Source: Mobula hypostoma (Eukaryota). From it: a stretch of 64,000 nt of DNA. A program made the translations under genes and the position numbers. The notes beneath the pieces were generated by a model. The model saw nothing but the letters and a program-made list of their open reading frames with translations, had not been told where the DNA came from and did not search any database. Positions 1-13,863 of the stretch are shown here, in pieces. The stretch lies in contig NC_086097.1 of NCBI RefSeq assembly GCF_963921235.1, positions 229,588,001 to 229,652,000 on the forward strand, read 5' to 3'. Within the stretch, counting starts at the first letter, position 1, and every line of letters begins with the position of its first letter.

Positions 1-308
1 GTACACTAGATACATCTGAGTATGTGGACAGGTATATGGATGACAAGAACTTTAGCGATATGGAGCAAGTTCTTGGAAATGGAATTAGCTTGAATATACA
101 TCTCGGTTGGCAAAGACAAGCAAGGGCCAAAGGGCTACTCTCCATACTGGACAACTCTATAACTCTATTTAGAGGCTACAGCAAAAAGAGATTCACAATA
201 AATAGCTGTGTTATCTCAAGAGTACTGGCATGGCCTCAGCAGGCCAGCAAGAAACTTAATATTTCCTGCTTATTACTTGGCAAGATGCATCTTCCTTTAG
301 CTCAATAC

Positions 309-385
309 CTCTCTGAAATATAATGGCTCTCTGGAATGGCCACAGACTTGGGTGACTTAGCCAAGACTTTAATCGGAAGCTTGGT
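309..385 (-). CDS. Possible further exon (TKLPIKVLAKSPKSVAIPESHYISE)
   Basis: ttttttaaaatag| acceptor, GAG|GTATTG donor, open in phase 0; no other support. Confidence 0.25.
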
Positions 386-932
386 CTATTTTAAAAAACC
401 ATTACTTTGATTGTTACATAACTGGAGGTTTAGATTACAAAGTGAAACCAGCAGCTGATTCTCATATATGATTAGTACTGTACAGTATATGATCAAGAGA
501 GACATTACTAACATAAAAATAGAGTAAATGGAAGTCATTCTCTTCTAACATTTTGAAATAGGAATGAAAATTATCCTGAAAATCCTATGAACAGACATTG
601 CTTAGTAATTAAAGCATATCATTTCTTTTTCCTTAATATACCATAGAAATTTTATACAGTTGGAATCCAGTGACTATATTAAATAAAATATCAGATTAGG
701 TAAACATGCAAATTTAAATAATTTATGCTAGACAGTTATCATATTTCAATGACCTGTGATCCAAAGTAGGACAGTAATGTTGGATTTGTCAGGTCTCCAT
801 TTCTCCAAGATTAAATCCATTTTCCAATGTTTTTAACCTTGGAGAAATGCAGACTTTTATGGAATATACAAATACACTTAAAAATGTAAGATTTCAACAA
901 AGTGAAAAATACCATAACTCTGCCAAACAAAC

Positions 933-1117
933 CTGTTTCTCTAGCAACCAGACTTGATGTTTTCCATCTTTTGCTGCAGCATTTGTCCTTTCCAGTTCCT
1001 GTTTGATTTTCACCAGTTCAGACTCCTTATAAGCAATGTCCTGATTAGCAATTTGCTTTTGTTTCTTCAGTTGGACCATTTCCTCTATCAACAATCTCTT
1101 CTCTCTGGAACTAGACT
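933..1117 (-). CDS. Host gene exon (ESSSREKRLLIEEMVQLKKQKQ...VWLLEKQ)
   Basis: Lies in ORF 894..1298; strongly coiled-coil; donor CAG|GTTTGT at 933/932. The 5' boundary is uncertain: the phase-1 AG before 1117 fits the upstream exons but has a poor pyrimidine tract, while the better acceptor at 1268 is phase 0. Confidence 0.75.
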
Positions 1118-1554
1118 CTATATCAGTCATATTTTTAGTCTTAATGCATTTCAATAGCAAGAGATTACTAAAAATTTTTGCTTGGGATGAAGGGTGAAAG
1201 ACTTTAGGTGTGAAAATACTGCCAATCTTTTCCTCAACCTGATTGTTTCTGAGCAAAACAAGTTTTACCTTTAGAACACAAAAACAGCTTAAAAACATAT
1301 TGCAGAAAGACAGCCTATCGCTTCTCTTTTCTATAGATGGAAAGGGAAAATTAAAATGACTATGGGTTGAGAGCTAATGTAATAACTGACAAGGGAGGAA
1401 GTTATTTATGGAGAAAATAAGGCCCTTAACAACTCATTGTAGATTTCTAATGTTAAGGTGGTTTGTGACAATCTATGGTATGGAAATTAAATTATTTACA
1501 GCTGCCATTAATCTTAAGATGTTAAAATAAATTGTAGTGCTTTAACTGATTCAT

Positions 1555-2225
1555 AAAACACTACAGCACAGAAACAAGCCTTTTGTCCCACCTCGTTCAT
1601 GCCGAACCATTAATCTGCTTAGTCCCGTTGACCTGCACTTGGACCATAGTCCTCCATATGCCTGCATCCATGTACCTATCCAAATTTCACTTCATTGTTG
1701 GAATTGAACCCACATCCACCAGTTCCACTAGCATTTTGTTCCAAACTCACCACTCCCTTAAACATTTCACCTTTCACCCTTAACCCTGACCTCTAGTTCT
1801 AGTCTCACCCAACTTTGTGGAAAAAGCCTGCTTGCATTTACCCTATCTATACCCCTCATAATTTTGTATGCCTCTCAATTCTTCCTTTCATTCTTCTACA
1901 CTCCAGTGTATAAAGTCCTAACCTATTCAACCTTTCTGTATAACTCAAGTCCTGGCACCATCCTTGTAAATTTCCTCAATACTCCAAATTAGGCCTTGTC
2001 AATGTCTTATACAACTTCAACAATAACATCCCAACTCCTGTACTCAATACTTTGATTTATGAAGGGCAATATGCCAAAAACTTTCTTTACAGCCCTATCT
2101 ACCCGTGATGCCATTTTCAAAGAATTATGGATCTCTATTCCCATATCCCTCTGTTCTACCACACTCCTCAGTGCCCTACACTCACCTTGTAAGACCTACC
2201 CTAGTTTGTCCTCACAAAGTGCAAC
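1555..2225 (-). mobile_element. Degenerate CR1 LINE 3' fragment
   Basis: Reverse complement resembles the ORF2 C-terminus/3' UTR of the long CR1 copies in this window. Confidence 0.75.
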
Positions 2226-2822
2226 ATGTCACACTTGTCTCCTGACTTCTTTCTTAAGTGTTCTCTTGCATTTCTTATACTCCTGTTGCTATAACAGCAA
2301 ATTTTCAGTACTCAAGTCAACAGTGTTGACAAGCTTTTTTAAGCAAAAGTTTTGAGAACTACTTCAGTCTAATTTTCAAAAAGGTTCAGATACAAGCATC
2401 AGCATTTCTCTTCATTTAATAACACTAATAAAAAACAAGATTCAAATATTGCTTTTTACATATAAACTTGGAAGCACCAAGTTCAAGCACTCACAGTGTC
2501 ATTAATCCAGGAATAACCTTTATTGCTGTTTACAGTAACAATTCATTCACTGCAATATCCCAATAAACACTTAGAATTGCATGCCAAGTTTACTAGTTTT
2601 CAGAGATCAACGGCAGAATTAAAAAGCTCTGAAAGAACCTCTGTTGCTCTACTGAGTCACCTAAGTCATTCTTTTGAAAAATAAACTGGGCGGCCTTTGT
2701 CACATGTGCTTCTACATTTGACATATTACTAAATAAGGGTGAATGGTGATGTGGCTCGAAGGGCTGAAAGGGCTGTATCGCTAAAATAAATAAATAAAAT
2801 GAATAACAACCACCCAGTTCAC

Positions 2823-2898
2823 CTTTCAGGGACTTCTGACTAACAGTTTCTTGTTTTGGAATCTGGTAACTTGAGTGTTCTGTTTTGTTAATTCTTAT
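2823..2898 (-). CDS. Candidate exon (IRINKTEHSSYQIPKQETVSQKSLK+1 nt)
   Basis: Acceptor gttatcttcag|, donor AAG|GTGAAC; open only phase 0 to 1, complementing the 29-nt exon. Confidence 0.45.
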
Positions 2899-4161
2899 CT
2901 GAAGATAACATTGCGCTAAAAATCATTTGTACACTTATGGCATACTATCACAAAATTTCTCTCAGCAGCACCCTTACTTTGTCCCAAATTCATCAATCAC
3001 TATAAGAAAGAAAACGATCATCAGACTCATTGAATTTTTCCTAGCATTTTGTTAGCTTCATTCCATTTTACTTCCCCTGTCGTTTTGCACTTTTTGTCTT
3101 CATGATTAAGGCATGATGCCTGCATTTAGCCCAAATGCAGGTCAAAATTCCACCTTCCCGATGGGTGCCTGACAAGAGCTAAAAATCTGCTGAAAATTTG
3201 ATTGGCAATTAAATGCTTGTGCACATAAAGAGACTACAGGCCTTTTGCCTTTAGCCCTTCAATCAATGTCTTTCCAATACAGATCATCTGAAGTCAAGTT
3301 CTTGCAGAGGATTTATTTTAAAAACTACACAAAGCCATGTTAAATATTCAATGTTTGCTCACTGAAGAAAGTTTGAAAAGGACAAGTGAGACACCATAAT
3401 AGACCTTCAGAGGAACTTAGTCAAGATCTCATTAGAGTGCCAATATTGTTTATTGAAACTCTTTGAGGTTTTAAAGAGAGTGAATGCTATGCTATAGTAC
3501 ATTGCAGTCACCTAGAGTACAGGAGTATTTGCTGATAGGCATTTTTTCTTACTCAGATCCCTCACTTGGGCACAACTGGGAGGGAGGAAGGGACAGGAGG
3601 GCAATCATCTCACCGCCCACACTCTTCCTGGGCACCATCTTCCTCTGAACCTCCAAATGTTTCGTCAAAAAAAAAACTGGCATTTTCTTCACTTTGGTCA
3701 CCAAAGAGTCCAGAAACATATTTTGTGGAAGCAGCTGTGCAGATGCTACATACTCTGTTCAGGGGATTTGTTTCTAATCATCACTGCGTTAAACTCGCAG
3801 CTGTCTGCTTTAGTACCTCCAGGCAAGTTTAAATTATGACAATAATCACTTAGTTCCAAACTCAAATCCTTCAACAGGCATGTATCATTAGCATAGCAGC
3901 CACTCAGCACCTGTTTATCTTTTCAACAGAAGTCTGAATATGTGCCACCAATATACAAAAAAGAAATATAGCAGCCTCAATCGATGAAATTTAACAGCAT
4001 GAATACTTTTAAAACAGCAGAGGGATCTGGATTGCTGCTGGCTAAATCAATAACAGTAGTGATGAAAGTTTTAAAGCTATTTAAAGCAATAAATATTACT
4101 GGGGTTCATTTTTAAAACAAGGGCAGATAAATTTTGTAAGCGTTGTACAATGAACACTTAC

Positions 4162-4190
4162 CATATTCATATTATAAATGGGATTCTGAG
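4162..4190 (-). CDS. Candidate 29-nt micro-exon (AQNPIYNMNM)
   Basis: Strong acceptor ctttttttcactttatcttgtag| and donor ATG|GTAAGT; open phase 1 to 0. Confidence 0.5.
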
Positions 4191-4939
4191 CTACAAGATA
4201 AAGTGAAAAAAAGAGACTATAATTGAGTGATTATAACTATAGGGAAAGATTGAGCAAAGTAGGGACTCTTTAAAAAAACATAAGATCAAGAGCTAAACTA
4301 AGAGGCCAAAAAGAAAATGAAGAATTTAGTTGGGAGACATAAAGGAGGCAAGTCCAGAAACAAGAAATAGACCAGGTATCTTATTTTATGCTTAGGGTGT
4401 AGTCCTGGGAATGTGAGCAGTAAATCGGTGGTTATAAAGTTAATTTATGACATTATATATGACAGTACTGCGGTGCTGAGAACATAAGAACTCAGCCCTC
4501 TGCTCTACTCTGCTCCCACAGTAATAGAATGGCTAAAGTGATCTCATCAGCAGGCAATTCAGTGAGCTTCCCTGCTGTGAGAGCTGGGGTGAACGATACA
4601 GCTGCTCGGTGCTGAGATATGGGTGTAGGAGTGGCTCAGTGATTGTGGGACATTGCTGAGCACTGGCAGCAACGGCTCCATTTATTGGCAGATTTCTGTA
4701 TCCTACAGCCTCTCTCAGCCCCTCCTAATGGATGAGATGGAAGCTGCTGTTCCCACCTCTCTGTTTGACTGCCTCACCCAGATATTTCTCTATGGTAACT
4801 AGATTAACAGTAGTTGTTGAGCTTATTCATAACAGATAGTTTTATCCATGATCAAATTCAGTATCACATGGAGCAGTTGAGATGATTACCATCAAGCTTT
4901 TAAGGAGAAAGCTTGATGAACTCACAAAAATCTAAGCAA

Positions 4940-5303
4940 CACATAAGATTATTAAGGGATTGACACGCTAGAGGCAGGAAACATGTTCCTGATGTTGGGG
5001 GAGTCCAGAACCAAAGGCCACAGTTTAAGAATAAGGGGTAGGCCATTTAGAACGGAGTTGAGGAAAAACTTTTTCACCCAGAGGGGTGTGGATCTGTGGA
5101 ATGCTCTGCCTCAGAAGGCAGTGGAGGCCAATTCTCTGAATGCTTTCAAGAAAGAGTTAGATAGAGCTCTTAAAGATAGTGGAGTCAAGGGATATCGGGA
5201 TAAGGCAGGAACGGGGTATTGATTGTGGATGATCAGCCATGATCACAGTGAATGGCAGTGCTGGCTCAAAGGGCCGAATAGCCTACTCCTCCACCTATTG
5301 TCA
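4940..5303 (+). mobile_element. CR1 LINE 3' end
   Basis: ESRTKGHSLRIRGRPFRTELRKNFFTQR...WNALP C-terminal motif plus 3' UTR. Confidence 0.85.
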
Positions 5304-5669
5304 ATAACACACACAAAAATGCTGGAGGAACTCAGCAGGCCAGGCAGCATCTATAGAAAAGAGTACAGTCAATGTTTCGGCCCAAGACCCTTCAGCAGGA
5401 CAGGAGAAAAAAGACAAGGAGTAGAGTTAAAAGGTGGGGGGAGGGGAGGGAGAAACACAAGGTGAAAGGTGAAACTGGGAAGGGGAGAGGTGAAGTAAAG
5501 AGATGGGAAGTTGATTGGTGAAAGAGATATGGGGCTGGAGAAGGGGAAGTCCAATGGGAAAGAACAGAAGGCCATGAGGAAAGAAAGGGGGGCAGAAGCA
5601 CCAGAGGGAGGCAATGGGCAGGCAAGGAGATAAGGTAAAAGAGGGAAAAGGGGATGGGGAATGGTGAAA

Positions 5670-8602
5670 GTTCAAGCAAATCCACTAATAGAAAGGTTGT
5701 GAGTGGTGGTAAAAATCTTCTGAGGTGTATATATTTCAATGCTAGGAGTATTGCAGGGAAGGCGGATGAGTTGAGGGCGTGGATTGACACGTGGAATTAT
5801 GACGTTATAGCAATTAGTGAAACTTAGCTACAGGAGGGGCAGAACTGGCAGCTTAATATTCCAGGGTTCCAATGTTTCAGATGTGATTGAGGCAGAAGAA
5901 TGAAAGGTGGGGGGGGGGGGGTAGCATTGCTTGTTAGGGAAAATATTACAGCAGTGCTCAGGCAGGACAGATTAGAGGGCTTGTCTACTGAGTCCTTGTG
6001 GGTGGAGCTGAGAAACAGGAAAGGTATGGCCACATTAGTGGGATTGTATTACAGACCACCCAATAGTCAAAGAGAATTGGAAGAGCAAATCTGCAGAGAG
6101 ATAGCAGGTAACTGCAGGAAACATAAAGTTGTGGTGGTAGGGGATTTTAATTTTCCATATACTGATTGGGACTCCCATACTGTTAGGGGTCTAGATGGTT
6201 TAGAGTTTGTAAAATGTGTTCAGGAAAGTTTTCTAAATCACTATATAGAGGGACCAACTAAAGGGGATGCAATATTGGATCTCCTGTTAGGAAACAAGTT
6301 AGGACAAGTGACAGAAGTCTGTGTAGGGGAGCACTTTGGTTCCAGTGATCATAACACCATTAGTTTCAACTTGATCATGGACAAGGATAGATCTGGTCCT
6401 AGGGTTGAGGTTCTTAACTGGAAGAAGGCCAAATTTGAAGAAATGAGGAAGGATCTAAAAAGCGTGGATTGGGACAGGTTCTGGCATGGATGTGATCGGT
6501 AGGTGGGAAGCCTTCAAAGCAGAAATTTTGAGAGTGCAGAATTTGTATGTTCCTGTCAGGATTAAAGGCAAGGTGAATAGGAATAAGGAACCTTGGTTCT
6601 CAAGGGATATTGCAACTCTGATAAAGAAGAAGAGGGAGTTGTATGACGTGTATAGGAAGCAGGGAGTAAATAAGGTGCTTGAGGAGTATAAGAAGTGCAA
6701 GAAAATACTTAAGAAAGAAATCAGGGGGGCTAAAAGAAGACATGAGGTTGCCTTGGCAGTCAAAGTGAAGGATAATCCAAAGAGCTTTTACAGGTATATT
6801 AAGAGCAAAAGGATTGTAAGGGATAAAATTGGTCCTCTTGAAGATCAGAGTGGTCGGCTATGTGCAGAACCAAAGGAAATGGGGGAGATCTTAAATAGGT
6901 TTTTTGCGTCTGTGTTTACCAAGGAAACTGGCATGAAGTCTATGGAATTAAGGGAAACAAGTAGTGAGATCATGGAAACTGTACAGATCGAAAAGGAGGA
7001 GGTGCTTGCTGTCTTGAGGAAAATTAAACTGGATAAATCCCCGGGACCTGACAGGGTGTTCCCTCGGACCTTGAAGGAGACTAGTGTTGAAATTGCAGGG
7101 GCCCTGGCTGAAATATTTAAAATGTCGCTGTCTACAGGTGAGGTGCCAGAGGATTGGCGAGTGGCTCATGTTGTTCCGTTGTTTAAAAAAGGATCGAAAT
7201 GTAATCCGGGAAATTATAGGCCAGTAAGTCTAATGTCGGTAGTAGGTAAGTTATTGGAGGGAGTACTAAGAGACAGAATCTACAAGCATTTGGATAGACT
7301 GGGACTTATTAGGGAGAGTCAACATGGCTTTGTGCATGGTAGGTCATGTTTGACCAATCTATTGGAGTTTTTCGAGGAGGTTACCAGGAAAGTGGATGAA
7401 GGGAAGGCAGTGGATATTGTCTACATGGACTTCAGTAAGGTCTTTGACAAGGTCCCGCATGGGAGGTTAGTTAGGAAAGTTCAGTCGCTAGGTATACATG
7501 GAGGGGTGGTAAATTGGATTAGACATTGGCTCAGTGGAAGAAGCCAGAGAGTGGTGGTAGAGAATTGCTTCTCTGAGTGGAGGCCTGTGACTAGTGGCCT
7601 GCCACAGGGATCAGTGCTGGGTCCATTGTTATTTGTCATCTATATCAATGATCTGTTTGATAATGTGGTAAATTGGATCAGCAAGTTTGCTGATGATACA
7701 AAGATTGGAGGTGTAGTAGACAGTGAGGAAGGTTTTCAGAGCCTGCAGAGGGACTTGGACCAGCTGGAAAAATGGGCTAAAAAAATGGCAGATGGAGTTT
7801 AATACTGACAAGTGTGAGGTATTGCACGTTGGAAGGACAAACCAACGTAGAACATACAGGGTTAATGGTAAGGCACTGAGGAGTGCAGTGGAACAGAGGG
7901 ATCTGGGAATACAGGTACAAAATTCCCTAAAAGTGGCGTCACAGCTAGATAGGGTCGTAAAGAGAGCTTTTGGTACATTGGCCTTTATTCATCAAAGTAT
8001 TGAGTATAAGAGCTGGAATGTTATGATGAGGTTGTATAAGGCATTGGTGAGGCCGAATCTGGAGTATTGTGTTCAGTTTTGGTCACCAAATTATAGGAAG
8101 GATATAAATAAGGTTGAAAGAGTGCAGAGAAGGTTTACAAGGATGTTGCTGGGACTTGAGAAACTCAGTTACAGAGAAAGGTTGAATAGGTTGGGACTTT
8201 ATTCCCTGGAGCGTAGAAGAATGAGGGGAAATTTGATAGAGGTATATAAAATTACGATAGGTATAGATAGAGTGAATGCAAGCAGGCTTTTTCCACTGAG
8301 GCAAGGGGAGAAAAAAAAAACCAGAGGACATGGGTTAAGGGTGAGGGGGGAAAAGTTTAAAGGGAACATTGGGGGGGCTTCTTCACACAGAGAGTGGTGG
8401 GAGTATGGAATGAGCTGCCAGACGAGATGGTAAATGCGGGTTGTTTTTTAACATTTGAGAATAAATTGGACAGATACATGGATGGGAGGTGTATGGAGGG
8501 ATATGGTCTGAGTGCAGGTCAGTGGGACTAGGCAGAAAATGGTTCGGCACAGCCAAGAAGGGCCAAAAGGCCTGTTTCTGTGCTGTAGTTTCTATGGTTT
8601 CT
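5670..8602 (+). mobile_element. CR1 LINE, nearly complete ORF2 (APE endonuclease + RT), 5'-truncated
   Basis: GGGVALLV, YRPP, VGDFN, SDH, KSPGPD, PQGSVLGP and FADD motifs over ORFs 5900-8433; two stops and several frameshifts; (tttctatgg)2 tail; ATGGTGAA at both ends (5661-5668, 8603-8610). Confidence 0.95.
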
Positions 8603-8877
8603 ATGGTGAAGGACAGGAGAGGAGAGGTGGGGTGAGGTGGGGTGGGGGGGGGCCATTACTGGATGTCCGAGAAATCGATGTTTGTGCCATCAGGTTGGAG
8701 GCTACACAGATGGAATATCAGGTGTTGTTCCTCCAAACCGAGTGTGGCCTCATCACGACAGTAGAGGAGGCCATAGACAGACATATCGGAATTGGAACGG
8801 GAAGTGGAATTTAAACTGGGAGATCCGCTTCTTCTGGCAGACGGAGCGTAGGTACTTGGGGAAGCAGTCTCCCAATT

Positions 8878-9154
8878 GGATTAAAGATTAAAGTCTGCCA
8901 GTGCTTATGCCGGCTTCCGTGGCGTGAAGCGACTAAGAGTACGAGACTCCACCCCCCCCCACCGGATAGGACGCCAGTCTATCTCGAGGTTCACCCCCAG
9001 CATTTTTGATGGTACCCATTCTCAGCTGGGTAGACTGGAGCAATGTATGGTTAAGTGCCTTGCTCAAGGCCACACACGCTGCCCCGGCTGAGGCTTGAAC
9101 CCACAACCTTCAGATCGCTAGTCCAACGCCCTAGCCACTTGGCCACGCGCCACA
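8878..9154 (-). mobile_element. tRNA-derived SINE
   Basis: Minus strand starts gtggcgcgtggccaagtgg (A box)...gggttcaagcc (B box); (tttaatc)n tail; CAATT TSD (8873-8877, 9155-9159). Confidence 0.85.
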
Positions 9155-10299
9155 CAATTTACATCAGGTCTCACCGATATACAGGAGGCCACATTAGGAG
9201 CACCGGACACAGTATGTGACCCCAACAGACCCACAGGTGAAGTGATGCCTCACCTGGAAGGTCTGTTTGGGGCCCTGAACGGTAGTAAGGGAGGAGGTGT
9301 AGGGGTAGGTGTAGCGTTTGTAGGTGTGTGAAATGGAAGAGATATGGTTGAGGGTAGTGGTGATGGTGGAGGAAGGGGAGCGCCCTTCTTTGAAGAAAGA
9401 GGACATCTCCTTCGTTCTGGAATGAAAAGCCTCATCCTGAGAGCAGATGCAGCTGAGATGGAGGAATTGAGTGAAGGGAACGGCGTGTTTAGAAGTAACA
9501 GGGTGGGAAGAGATATCGTCCAGGTAGCTGTGAGAGTCTGAGGATTTATAATAGACATCAGTAGATAAGCTGGCTCCAGAGATCGAGACAGAGAGATTGA
9601 GAAAGAGGAGGGAGGTATCGGAAATTGGACCAGGTAAATTTGAGGGAAGGATGGAAGTTGGAGGCAAAGTGGATGAAGTCAATGAGTTTCACTTGGGTGC
9701 AGGAAGCAGCATCAATGCAGTCATCGATCTAGTGTAGGAAAAGTCGAGGAAGGAAACCAGTGCAGGCTTGGAACATAGATTGTTCCACATAGTCAACAAA
9801 AAGGCAGGCATAGTTGTGACCTATGCGAGTGCCCATGGCTGTACCTTTTGCTTGAAGGAAGTGGGAGGAGTCAAAGGAGAAATTACTATTAAGAATGAGG
9901 ACAAGTTCCGCTTAACGGAGGAGAGTGGTGGTGGAGGGGAACTGGTTGGTGCCAAGAAAGAAACAGAGATACATCTTAATATGATTAGAAGATGGAATGG
10001 TGGAACTCATATGAAGCATAAAATACTCACTTGCCCAATTATGCTGTTTCTATACTGTCAATACTATTATTCCAGTCATATGTTTTAAATCTTATAATGA
10101 AACGGGCCAAATCAGGGACCTACTTATTCAACTGAGAGTTACTTGTCAACAATGCTATGTGCATTATAGGGCAATACATCTAAAATACTATTCCCTCTGA
10201 TTATTTAAAAAAGCTGAATTACAAAATTCGAAAAAAATGTGCCACAGGCTCAAACTAGTTAAAGGCAAATGTACAATTAACATATGGAATCCATTTTTA

Positions 10300-13200
10300 A
10301 ACCATAAGACATAGAAGCAGAATTATACTATTTGGCCCATTGAGTCTGCTCCACCATAAAATCATGGCTGATCCTTTTTCTCCCCCCTAATGAGCCCCAT
10401 TCCCTGCCCTTCTCCCTGTAACCTTTGATGCCGTGTCCAATCAAGAACTATCAAGCTCTGCCTTAAATACACCCAACAATCTGGCCTCCACAGCTGCCTG
10501 TGGTAATAAATCCCACCCTCTGGCTAAAGAAATTTCTTTGCATCTCTGTTTTAAATGGATGCCCCTCTATCTTGATGCTGTGCCCTTTTGTCCTAGGCTC
10601 CCCCACTATGGGAAACATCCTTTCCACATCTACTCTGTCTAGGCCTTTCAACATTCGAAAGGTTTCAATGAGATCCCCTCTCAACCTTCCAGCAGGTACA
10701 GATCCAGAGCCATCAAACGTTCATCATCATCATCAGGTGCCACGCCCAGTTTGAGCTTTGACTGCCATGGTCCACACACTCCTGTTTCGGGTCAAGTGGA
10801 TCAATTCATTGGTATTCATTTCCAGTTCTCTGGCTGCTGTCTCCATCATCATTTGTTTTTGTCTTCCTCTTGCTTTCTTCCCTTCAATCTATCCCATAAT
10901 TACCGTGCATTCTAACTCCTCTTTCCTAATCATATGTCCAATGAAGTTACGTTGCCTTTTCATGATCTCATACATTATTTCCCTTTTTGTGTTTGTTCTG
11001 TTCATGACATCCTTGTTAGATATTCATTTCATCCATGATATTCTTTGCATCCTCCTCAAAAACCACATTTCTGCTGCTACAATTCATTTCCTCATATTAC
11101 TAGATATTGTCCAACATTCTGAGCCATATAACATAACTGGATAAACATAACATTTCAGTACTCTGAGGCGGGTTGTCATGCCTAGTTTAGTGTTGGTCAG
11201 TATTCTATTCATTCTCGTAAAGGTGTCTTTTGCCATCCCTATTCTTCTTTTGATGTCCATGTCGCACCTGCCATCTGATGTCACCCAGCTTCCTAAGTAG
11301 CAAAAATTCTGTACTTGTTTTATGTTCCCCATTTATTCTCAGCCTGCAGATAGGATTCTCCTTCTTTTTGGATATCACCATACATTCTGTCTTTTTGCAA
11401 TTGATAGATAGACCCATTTTTGCACTTTCTTCAACAATTATATCAATTAAGTTTTGTAGTTCTTCCTCCGTACTTGCAATTAACACAGTGTCATCTGCAT
11501 ATCTGAAATTATTGATGTTTTCACCACCAACTTGGATTCCCAAGATGTTTCTTCTTTTTTCTAATATTGTTTCATTGTACACATTAAATAAATCAGGGGA
11601 GGAAACACACCCTTGTCTAATGCCTCCCTTGATTTTGGTAAATTGACTCACTTCTCCATCTACTCTTACAGCGGCAGTTTGTTCCTAGTACAGATTTCTG
11701 ATTAGGCGGAGGTCTTTCAATCTAGATCTAGAGTTTTCTGTAATATTTCAAATAACTTACTGTGCTTCACTTTATCAAATGCTTTTGTGTAGTCGATAAA
11801 ACAAACAAATCTTTTTGCACTTGAATAGCTCGTTCTGATAGTACCTTTAACATCAATATTGTGTTTCTTGTACCTTTGTCTTTCACAAAACCACCTTGTT
11901 CTTTACCTATTTCAGCTTGTATCTTACTTTTAGCTCTTGTCATCAAAATTCTTATAAGTATCTTGGTGATATGACTCATTAAACTCATGGTCCTATGTAA
12001 TTCACATTCTATTGCTCCAGGTTTCTTAGGAAGAGTGATAAATACTGATTTACATCAAATGTTACAGGTATGATAACCCTTTCATTCCCAGAAACTTCAC
12101 TGTGAACCTTCTCTGAACCCTCTCCAATGCCAGCACATCTTTTCTTGGAGGAAGAGCCACAGCTGTCCACAATACTCAAGGTGAGGCCTCACTAGTACCT
12201 TATAAAGCCTCAGCATCACATCCCTGCTCTGTATTCTCAACCTCTTGAAATGAATGCTAACAATGCATTTGCTTTCCTCACCACCGACTCAACCAGGAAG
12301 TTGCTTTTTAGGGTTTTCTGCAAAAGGACTCCCAAGTCCCTTTGCATCTCCCCATTTTCTCCCCATTTAGAAATAGTCTACACATTTATTTCTTCTACCA
12401 AAGTGCATGACCATACATTTTCCAACATTGTATTCCATTTGCCACTTTCTTGTCCATTCTCCTAATCTAAGTCCTTCTGAGCCTACCCATTTCTTCAACA
12501 CTACCTGACTCTCCACCAATCTTCTTATCATCTGCAAACTTGGCAACAAAGCTATCTATTCCATAATCTGAATCATTGATATACAGCGTAAAAAGAAGTG
12601 GTCCCAATACCAACCCCCTGTGGATCACCACTAATCACTGGCAGCCAACCAGAAAAGGATCCCTTTATTCCCACTCGCTGCCTCCTACCAATCAGCCAAT
12701 GCTCCAATCATACCAATAACTTCCCTGTAATTCCATGGGCTCTTAACTTAATAAGCAACCTCATGCTTTTCAGGATCTCTTTGCTTTTCCTTCCAAGGTC
12801 ATTGGTACCAATATTTTCCAAGACATCTGGTTGCTCTCCCTCCCTCTCAAATACACTGTGAATGTGATCTGAGAAATCCCAGACCCTGACCCTGGCACCA
12901 GGGAGGCAACTTACCATTCGGGTGTCCCGTTCAAGTCCACAGAATCTCCTGTCTGTTCCCCTGACTATTGATTTCCCAATCACTATCACTCCCCTCTTTT
13001 CCCTCTTTCCTTCTTGCACCATGGACCTATGCTCAGTGCCAGGAGCCCAGTCTCCGTGGCATTCCCCTGGGAGGTCATCCCCCACAACAGTATCCAAAGC
13101 GGTATACTTATTATTGAGAGGAATGGCCACAGGGGTACTCTGTGCCAAATGCCTATTCATATTTCCATTTCTCCTGACAGTCACCCAGCTACTCACCTCC

Positions 13201-13600
13201 TGCAACTCAGGGGTGACTACTTCCCTGTAACTCTGATCATTTATTTCCTCACTCTCCCATACAAGCTGAAGGTCATCCAGCTGCTGCTCCAGATCCCTAT
13301 CAGTGTCTTCAAGGATGCACTTCACAGACGTAGTCTCCAACATCCGGCGTGAACACACAACATTTACTACACTAGGTACAGTAAGAGAAAAAAAAAGAGA
13401 ATCTTAACATAACTTACCCAGAGCCAATGCCTCTTACAAGCCGAAACCTCCTTAGAGCCAAAGCCTGACACCCCTACTCTCACCACTGGCCAACTCCCAA
13501 CAATGGCTGCCCTGCTTGTCCCTTCTGTACTTTTAAACATGCGTCGCTGACCTGCGAGAAACCTTGTTGATGTGGCCTGCTCCTGCCACTGATTAGGCCG
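10300..13600 (-). mobile_element. Internally deleted CR1 with ORF1 (esterase-like), interrupted by an RTE
   Basis: ORF 12708..13358 has CR1 ORF1 motifs (NKY..L, VIGxSIVRGTDRRFC, CLPGARV, GTND) fused directly to mid-RT sequence; 3' UTR near 10300. Confidence 0.85.
10722..12052 (-). mobile_element. 5'-truncated RTE-clade LINE
   Basis: GIRQGC..SP.LFNVY, RYADD, F.YLGS and LYGSECWT motifs; (ATG)n tail; 11-bp TSD CATCAAA(C/T)GTT at 10711-10721 and 12053-12063. Confidence 0.92.
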
Positions 13601-13863
13601 TCAGAATTTTTTGTTACACAGAATGATTCATATTCAGAACCAAATTCTAGATAGGTATTTCCATCACCCTAACTCATTTAAGGAACAGAAAGGCATAGGG
13701 GGGCTTTCCAAGATGGATAAGCTGAAATAGGAAATTTGGCCATTCTCATCTGAGCTTGAAATCTGGTTGACTTCTCTCATTATTTACTATATGACACGTT
13801 CAGGAATAATGTATTTAAACCACACATTTGAATTCTTTAAAAATAAAATTAACCAAATGGCAC

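Larger units (their letters stand above)
5307..9960 (-). mobile_element. Penelope-like element (RT thumb + GIY-YIG remnants, hammerhead 3' region), split by a CR1 (5670-8602) and a SINE (8878-9154)
   Basis: TDVYYKSSDSHSYLD..SSHP..K..VPFTQF and FTC.S..V.YCVRCS in ORF 9194..9682; degenerate hammerhead motif at ~5367-5401 (minus strand CTGCTGAAGGGTCTTGGGCCGAAAC). Confidence 0.85.

Noticed and set aside
24..323. 99-aa plus-strand ORF
   Set aside because: Begins in a CR1 3' remnant and runs into featureless sequence; most other short ORFs in the track are likewise TE antisense or noise.
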